From positions 6,068-70,067 of the forward strand of contig NZ_JAQWGS010000021.1 in assembly GCF_029238095.1 (NCBI RefSeq): a stretch of 64,000 bases of DNA, in the 5' to 3' direction. The notes beneath the pieces were generated by a model, which was given only the letters and a program-made list of their open reading frames with translations, searched no databases and was not told where the DNA came from. Both the position numbers and the translations under genes were made by a program. Origin of the DNA: Lacinutrix sp. GTDB lineage: Bacteria; Bacteroidota; Bacteroidia; Flavobacteriales; Flavobacteriaceae. Positions 57,909 through 64,000 of this stretch are shown here, piece by piece (positions within the stretch are counted from its first letter, which is position 1; every line of letters begins with the position of its first letter).

Positions 57909-59408
57909 TTACAACTCAAACCAACCATCAACTCTAAGCTCTTGACTTGGCACAAAAGTCTTATGGATAAATTCGTTATTAGCCTTATTATATTCGTAAT
58001 CTTTTGACCATTCTATATGGTTTTCGGCTAAAGCAATTAAACTATCACATACGTAATCTATCTCATTGCAGGTAGTTGTTGGATGAATAGACATACGAAT
58101 CCAACCTGGTTTATGAGTTAAATCTCCAGAAGTAATTTCGCAAGTTAAAGCGTTAGATTTTTCACGATCTACATTTAGTAAATAATGCCCATAAGTTCCA
58201 GCACAACTACAACCACCACGTGTTTGTATTCCAAATCTATCATTAAGTATTTTTACTCCTAAGTTAAAGTGCAAATCTTCAATGTAAAAAGAAATAACAC
58301 CTAAACGGTCTTGCTCGTTTGGTGCTAAAATTTTTATGTTATTAATAGCTCCAAGATTTTTGAATACTTGATGCAATAATTCATGTTCGCGATTTAGAAT
58401 ATTTTTCACTCCCATTTCCTCTTTTAATCTTATTGCAAGAGCTGTTTTAATGGTTTGCAAAAAGCCAGGAGTTCCTCCATCTTCTCTATCTTCTATACTT
58501 TCTATGTATTTGTGTTCTCCCCAAGGATTAGTCCATGACACAGTTCCTCCTCCAGGACAATCAGGAATCATATTTTTATATAGTTTTTTATTAAAAACTA
58601 AAACTCCAGAAGTTCCTGGTCCACCTAAAAATTTATGTGGTGAAAAGAAAATAGCATCTAAAGCTTCGTCTTCATTTTCTGGATGCATATTAATATCTAC
58701 ATAAGGTGCAGAACATGCAAAATCCACAAAACATACACCTCCATGTTTGTGCATTACTTTTGCAATTTCATGATATGGTGTTTGTATTCCTGTAACATTA
58801 CTTCCACCTATTACAGAAGCTATTTTAAGCGCACAATCTTTGTACTCTTCTAAAAGTATTTCTAAATTTTGAATACTAAATAAACCATCATCACCAGCAG
58901 GTATGACTTCTACTTTTGCCATGGTTTCTAACCAAGAAGTATGATTAGAATGATGCTCCATATGAGTAACAAAAACCACAGGACGAATTTCGTCTGGAAT
59001 AGTAGCATATTTTCGTAAGTTTTCTGGGACTTTTAGTCCTAAAATACGCTGAAATTTGTTTACTACACTTGTCATGCCATTTCCTGCTACAATTAAAACA
59101 TCGTCTGCATTTGTGTTTACATGACCTTTTATAATGTTTCTTGCTTTGTGGTAAGCATTTGTCATTGCAGTGCCTGAAACAGTAGTTTCTGTATGTGTGT
59201 TTGCTACAAAAGGTCCGAATTGATTAAGGAGTTTTTCTTCAATAGGTCTGTATAAACGTCCAGAAGCAGTCCAATCTGTATAAATCATTTTTTTTCTTCC
59301 GTAAGGCGATTCAAATTCTTGGTCAATACCAACAATATGTTTTCTAAACTTAGAAAAGTAGATTTCTAATTCCGATTGTCTCTCACTAGTTGCTCTTGTA
59401 GTAATCAT
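57909..59408 (-). CDS. Class V PLP-dependent aminotransferase (cysteine desulfurase/selenocysteine lyase-like)
   Basis: YTDWTASGR, EHHSN, FSPHKFLGGPG (PLP Lys), RGGCSCAG. Confidence 0.88.
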   Translation of the reverse strand: MITTRATSERQSELEIYFSKFRKHIVGIDQEFESPYGRKKMIYTDWTASGRLYRPIEEKLLNQFGPFVANTHTETTVSGTAMTNAYHKARNIIKGHVNTNADDVLIVAGNGMTSVVNKFQRILGLKVPENLRKYATIPDEIRPVVFVTHMEHHSNHTSWLETMAKVEVIPAGDDGLFSIQNLEILLEEYKDCALKIASVIGGSNVTGIQTPYHEIAKVMHKHGGVCFVDFACSAPYVDINMHPENEDEALDAIFFSPHKFLGGPGTSGVLVFNKKLYKNMIPDCPGGGTVSWTNPWGEHKYIESIEDREDGGTPGFLQTIKTALAIRLKEEMGVKNILNREHELLHQVFKNLGAINNIKILAPNEQDRLGVISFYIEDLHFNLGVKILNDRFGIQTRGGCSCAGTYGHYLLNVDREKSNALTCEITSGDLTHKPGWIRMSIHPTTTCNEIDYVCDSLIALAENHIEWSKDYEYNKANNEFIHKTFVPSQELRVDGWFEL

Positions 59409-59434
59409 ACACTTAAAATTATGTTGTTAAGGTA

Positions 59435-60823
59435 CTAAATATTAGCGATTTCTTTAATTTCTGAAATAATTTTATCAGCCAATTCATCTGCAATTTGCTG
59501 GGATTTTGCTTCGGTATAAATTCTAATAATTGGTTCTGTATTACTTTTTCTTAAGTGTACCCAGTTTTCTGCGAAGTCAATTTTTACACCATCTACAGTG
59601 TTTAAGTTTTCATCTTTATATTTTGCTGCCATTTGCATTAAAATTGCATCAACATCAATTTGTGGTGTTAAAGCTATTTTCTTTTTACTCATGAAATAGC
59701 TCGTGTAAGTTTTACGTAACTGGCTAACACTCATTTTTTTTTCAGCTAAAAGTGTTAAAAATAAAGCAACACCAACTAAGGCATCTCTTCCGTAATGAGA
59801 TGCAGGATAAATAATACCACCATTTCCTTCTCCTCCAATAACTGCATTATTTTTTTTCATTAATGCAACAACATTTACTTCACCAACAGCACTAGCTTCG
59901 TATGTTCCACCATGCTTTTCTGTAACATCTCTAAGCGCACGAGTAGAACTCATATTACTTACTGTGTTTCCAGGATTCCTGCTTAAAACATGATCTGCAC
60001 AAGCTACTAAAGTATATTCTTCTCCAAACATGTCTCCATTTTCGTCCATAAAAGCAAGCCTATCCACATCTGGATCTACAACAATCCCAAAATCTGCATG
60101 ATGTTTTTTTACTTCAGCAGATAAATCTGTTAAATGTTCTTTTAAAGGTTCTGGATTATGTGGAAAATGCCCATTTGGTTCGCAGTATAATTTCACTGCT
60201 TCAACTCCTAGACGTTCTAATAGTAGTGGTATAGCAATTCCTCCTGTAGAATTAACACCATCTACAACCACTTTAAAATTAGCGCTCTCAATAGCTTTTT
60301 TATCTACAAACTCTAATTCTAAAACTTCATCAATATGTATGTCTATGTAAGCATCATTTATTATTATTTCTCCTAAACTATCAACATCTGCAAAGTGCAT
60401 GGTATCACTTTCGGCAATTTCCAGAATTTTAGCACCTTCAGCTGCATCTAAAAACTCGCCTTTAGCATTCAATAATTTCAAGGCATTCCATTGTTTTGGG
60501 TTATGACTGGCTGTTAATATTATACCTCCATCCGCATGTTCCATTGGAACAGCTATTTCTACTGTTGGTGTAGTAGAAAGCCCAAGGTCTATAACATCAA
60601 TACCTAAACCTACTAATGTGTTCATTACTAAATTCTGAATCATTTCTCCCGAAATCCTTGCATCTCTACCAACTACAACTCTGGAATTTTCCTTTACACG
60701 TTCTGTTTTTAGCCAAGTGCCATAAGCCGAGGCAAATTTTACAGCGTCAATTGGTGTAAGGTTATCGCCAACGTTTCCACCAATTGTTCCACGAATTCCT
60801 GAAATAGATTTTATAAGTGTCAT
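59435..60823 (-). CDS. glmM: Phosphoglucosamine mutase / phosphohexomutase; start refined to 60823
   Basis: SISGIRG, TASHNP phosphoserine, DPDVDR metal loop, GGEGNGG, RKSNTEPIIRIY. Confidence 0.85.
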   Translation of the reverse strand: MTLIKSISGIRGTIGGNVGDNLTPIDAVKFASAYGTWLKTERVKENSRVVVGRDARISGEMIQNLVMNTLVGLGIDVIDLGLSTTPTVEIAVPMEHADGGIILTASHNPKQWNALKLLNAKGEFLDAAEGAKILEIAESDTMHFADVDSLGEIIINDAYIDIHIDEVLELEFVDKKAIESANFKVVVDGVNSTGGIAIPLLLERLGVEAVKLYCEPNGHFPHNPEPLKEHLTDLSAEVKKHHADFGIVVDPDVDRLAFMDENGDMFGEEYTLVACADHVLSRNPGNTVSNMSSTRALRDVTEKHGGTYEASAVGEVNVVALMKKNNAVIGGEGNGGIIYPASHYGRDALVGVALFLTLLAEKKMSVSQLRKTYTSYFMSKKKIALTPQIDVDAILMQMAAKYKDENLNTVDGVKIDFAENWVHLRKSNTEPIIRIYTEAKSQQIADELADKIISEIKEIANI

Positions 60824-60902
60824 TACTATAATTTTAATATTCAAGTACAAATATAGTATTTCAAAAGCGGAAAAATCTATTATGAATTCGTAAATTCGAT
60901 TT

Positions 60903-61496
60903 ATGAATTTTCTAGCACATATTTATCTTTCTGGAAATAATGAAGCGGTTACAATTGGTAATTTTATTGCTGATGGTATTCGTGGTAAAAAATACTTAAA
61001 GTACCCAAGAGACATTCAAACTGGTATTTTATTGCATCGCCAAATCGATACATTTACAGATGCGCATAAAACTGTAAGACTAAGCACTAAAAGACTTCAC
61101 AAGAATTATAGCCATTATTTTGGTGTGATTGTAGATATTTTATACGATCACTTCTTAGCTAAAAACTGGAGTAAGTATTGTAATTTACCTTTAGCTGAAT
61201 ATGTAGATAATTTCTACATCAGTTTGGAGAATAATTTTGAAATTCTACCAAAACGAATACAAAAAATGATGCCATACATGATTGCAGACAACTGGTTATT
61301 AAGTTATGCTTCTATAGAGGGTATTACAAAGGTTTTAGAAGGTATGAATAGAAGAACACAAAACCGTTCGCAAATGAATTTAGCTGTAAACGAACTTCAA
61401 GAATTTTATAATGAATTTGAAGATGAATTCACATGCTTTTTTGATGAACTTATTAATTTTTCATCTCAAAAATTAAAAGAGATAGAAAAGAGATAA
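60903..61496 (+). CDS. Acyl carrier protein phosphodiesterase (AcpH family)
   Basis: MNFLAHIYLS, GNFIAD, LHRQIDTFTDAH, DILYDHFLA. Confidence 0.92.
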   Translation: MNFLAHIYLSGNNEAVTIGNFIADGIRGKKYLKYPRDIQTGILLHRQIDTFTDAHKTVRLSTKRLHKNYSHYFGVIVDILYDHFLAKNWSKYCNLPLAEYVDNFYISLENNFEILPKRIQKMMPYMIADNWLLSYASIEGITKVLEGMNRRTQNRSQMNLAVNELQEFYNEFEDEFTCFFDELINFSSQKLKEIEKR

Positions 61497-61536
61497 ATCT
61501 TTTATTTACAAATATATAAATAACTAATAAAAAAAT

Positions 61537-63225
61537 ATGAAGATAAATAACATGCTTATTCTGTTCATTGTAATCTCAATCACTTTCTCTTGTAAAAAGA
61601 ATGAACCCAAACGTGGTTTAGTAACACAAAAAGCAATGGTTGTTTCGGCTAGAATTGAAGCTTCAATTATAGGAAAACAAATATTAGAACAAGGAGGCAA
61701 TGCCTTTGATGCTATGATGGCAACAGACTTAGCCTTAGCGGTTGCCTATCCATATGCAGGAAATCTTGGAGGAGGTGGTTTTATGGTTTACAGGTTAAAT
61801 GATGGTAGTATAGGCGCATTAGATTATAGAGAAAAAGCACCTTTAGCAGCCACAAAAGATATGTATTTAGACTCTTTAGGTAATGTAGTGCCAAACTTAA
61901 GCACTCGAGGCGCAATGGCTGTTGGTGTTCCTGGAACGGTTGCAGGTGTTTTTGAAGCACATGAGCAATTTGGAATTCTACCAATAGAAACGATAATAAA
62001 ACCAGTAATTGCATTAGCAAAAAGAGGTGTTATTGTTACAAGAAAACAGGAGTTTAGAATTGCAGAAAAACAACAAGACTTTAAACTTGCTAATAAAGAT
62101 TCTATCCTTTTTACAAAAGCATGGAAACAAAACGATACTATTAAATATAATAAACTTGCAGAAACTCTAACTAGAATTATGCAGAATGGTAGCGATGAAT
62201 TCTATAAAGGTAAAAGCGCAATAATACTAGCGCAATTTATTCAAGACAATGGAGGTATAATTACTGAAGAAGATTTAGCAAATTATGAGCCAAAATGGAG
62301 AACTCCAATTACTTTTACTTATGACGATTTACGGATTATCTCTATGTCACCACCTTCAAGCGGTGGAATTACAATGGCTCAAATTTTAAAATCTGTAGAA
62401 AGCTATGATTTAGATAAATATGGACATAATTCTGTAAAAACCATTCAGTTATTGGCTGAAGCAGAACGTCGTGCCTATGCAGATAGAAGTTTTTATTTAG
62501 GTGATCCAGATTTTGTAAACATACCACAAAACAAACTTATAAGTAACGATTATCTAAAAAACAGAATGTCTAGTTTTTCGTTTGAAAAAGCAACACCATC
62601 TGCTGATGTCTCTCATGGCACAATAGATATTATAGAGAGTGATGAAACTACCCACTACTCTATTGTAGACCAATATGGAAATGCCATATCTGTAACTACT
62701 ACTTTAAATTCTGGTTATGGGTCTAAACTCTATTGTAGTGAATTAGGGTTCTTTTTAAACAATGAAATGGACGATTTTTCTAGTAAACCTGGTGTACCAA
62801 ACGTTTATGGATTAATTGGTGCAAAGGCAAATGCTATTCTACCCGAAAAAAGAATGCTAAGTTCTATGACACCAACTATTGTTGAAAAAAATGGTAAATT
62901 ATTAATGAGCGTTGGCACTCCAGGAGGTTCAACAATTATTACTTCTGTTTTGCAAACTATTTTAAATGTTCATGAATTTAATATGAGCATGCAAGAAGCT
63001 GTTGATGCTCCGCGTTTTCATCACCAATGGCTACCAGATGAAATTAGAATGGAACCCAATCGTTTCAATAAAGAAACTATTAATACTTTAGAACAAAAAG
63101 AATATACTATAAACGAAGAGCGTTCTCCAATAATAGGAATTGTAGATGGTATTTTAGTTTTACAAAATGGCAAACTTGAAGGTGGAGCAGATTCTCGAGG
63201 AGATGATGCAGCAGCTGGTTTTTAA
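61537..63225 (+). CDS. ggt: Gamma-glutamyltransferase
   Basis: GGNAFDA, DYREKAP, ETTHYS autoproteolytic Thr, LNNEMDDF, LSSMTP, GTPGGS. Confidence 0.96.
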   Translation: MKINNMLILFIVISITFSCKKNEPKRGLVTQKAMVVSARIEASIIGKQILEQGGNAFDAMMATDLALAVAYPYAGNLGGGGFMVYRLNDGSIGALDYREKAPLAATKDMYLDSLGNVVPNLSTRGAMAVGVPGTVAGVFEAHEQFGILPIETIIKPVIALAKRGVIVTRKQEFRIAEKQQDFKLANKDSILFTKAWKQNDTIKYNKLAETLTRIMQNGSDEFYKGKSAIILAQFIQDNGGIITEEDLANYEPKWRTPITFTYDDLRIISMSPPSSGGITMAQILKSVESYDLDKYGHNSVKTIQLLAEAERRAYADRSFYLGDPDFVNIPQNKLISNDYLKNRMSSFSFEKATPSADVSHGTIDIIESDETTHYSIVDQYGNAISVTTTLNSGYGSKLYCSELGFFLNNEMDDFSSKPGVPNVYGLIGAKANAILPEKRMLSSMTPTIVEKNGKLLMSVGTPGGSTIITSVLQTILNVHEFNMSMQEAVDAPRFHHQWLPDEIRMEPNRFNKETINTLEQKEYTINEERSPIIGIVDGILVLQNGKLEGGADSRGDDAAAGF

Positions 63226-63384
63226 TTTTTTTAATGTTAAAAATGTTAAATTAACCATACATAAACCATACGCTAAGTGATTTTTAACTTTAATAATTGT
63301 AAAAGTAAATAAATACATTTATACTTGATAAAATCTCTATTATACAACAACCTTAAAAAGGTTTATTTTACTCTAAATTCAATC

Positions 63385-64000
63385 ATGAAATTTAAATTAC
63401 ACTCAAAATTATATTACACACTATTTATACTAATTATCTTTTTTACTCAGAAAAGTCAGGCTCAATTAATGCCTATTTTTGTTGGAAATACTATAGATTT
63501 AGGAAATGATTGTTATCAAATTACTTCTAACGCAAACTTTCAACTTGGAGCTGTTTGGTATAATAATTCAATAGATTTAAATGCGGATTTTGATATAGTT
63601 TTTGATGCCAATTTTGGAAGTAATGATGTCAATGGAGCAGATGGAATTGTTTTTGTTTTAAAAACATCTCCTACTCCCGAAATAGGTGCTTCTGGTGGAG
63701 ATTTAGGTTATGGAGGCATCTTCAACTCTTTAGCTGTTGAATTTGATACGTGGCAAAATAACGATAGAAACGACCCTTTTAATGATCACGTGGCTTTAAT
63801 TTCTAATGGAAATACTAATCATGCTTTAGGAACATCATTAACATCTCCAGTTAATGCATCTGCTGTCTCTGGAAATATCGAAGATGGTATTTCTCATGAA
63901 ATTAAAATTTCTTGGCGAGCAATGACTCAAGAATTTAGAGTTATTTTTGATTGCAATGAAAGAATCTTTTATTCAAATGACATAATTAATACGGTATTTG
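63385..64000 (+). CDS. Secreted L-type (legume-like) lectin domain protein, partial (runs off the window; not in ORF track)
   Basis: Manual translation: signal peptide ...SQA|Q, GAVWYNNSIDL, GADGIVFVL, GGDLGYGG, SLAVEFDTWQN, DHVAL. Confidence 0.85.
   Translation, partial: MKFKLHSKLYYTLFILIIFFTQKSQAQLMPIFVGNTIDLGNDCYQITSNANFQLGAVWYNNSIDLNADFDIVFDANFGSNDVNGADGIVFVLKTSPTPEIGASGGDLGYGGIFNSLAVEFDTWQNNDRNDPFNDHVALISNGNTNHALGTSLTSPVNASAVSGNIEDGISHEIKISWRAMTQEFRVIFDCNERIFYSNDIINTVF

Noticed and set aside
394-62020. Numerous short (60-125 aa) ORFs in the track that overlap larger genes (e.g. 394-615, 3720-3956, 15954-16307, 19289-19666, 34631-34993, 53881-54222)
   Set aside because: Antisense or out-of-frame shadows of well-supported CDSs with no recognisable motifs
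57909-63225. Desulfurase-like enzyme and ggt as part of the sulfur regulon
   Set aside because: No GTAAC-N4-GTTAC site seen upstream; they sit in an ordinary housekeeping context

Overview
AT-rich Flavobacteriaceae (Bacteroidota) chromosomal segment, judged from gldF/G, T9SS-type C-terminal domains and TAnnTTTG-type promoters. Housekeeping genes (acs, purC, phoH, dnaN, mnmE, glmM, ggt, lipid A acyltransferase) flank two accessory blocks. (1) 17.7-24.5 kb: a sulfide/persulfide-handling cluster (two YeeE/YedE, SQR, TPMT-like methyltransferase, thioredoxin, MBL-rhodanese persulfide dioxygenase, TauE, Cys-rich Crp/Fnr regulator). Five of its promoters carry the palindrome GTAAC-N4-GTTAC exactly 22 nt upstream of a -7 element, so a complete regulon can be read from the DNA. 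(2) 28.3-52.8 kb: a beta-1,3-glucan (laminarin-type) utilisation locus (GH16, GH17 x3 including an MFS-GH17 fusion, GH30, GH149 phosphorylase, binding proteins, Y_Y_Y-LuxR regulator) with NO SusC/SusD pair. The slot SusC usually occupies holds a GH-A glycosidase fused to a ~600-aa predicted outer-membrane beta-barrel, a candidate TonB-independent cleave-and-import protein. A 19-bp operator is shared by this locus's two promoters. Also seen: an unannotated 40-aa membrane peptide with an FNR-like box, two single-base frameshifts and a GldF-GldG fusion. No rRNA, tRNA, CRISPR or mobile element was recognised. All family assignments are from motif recognition by eye, not database searches.
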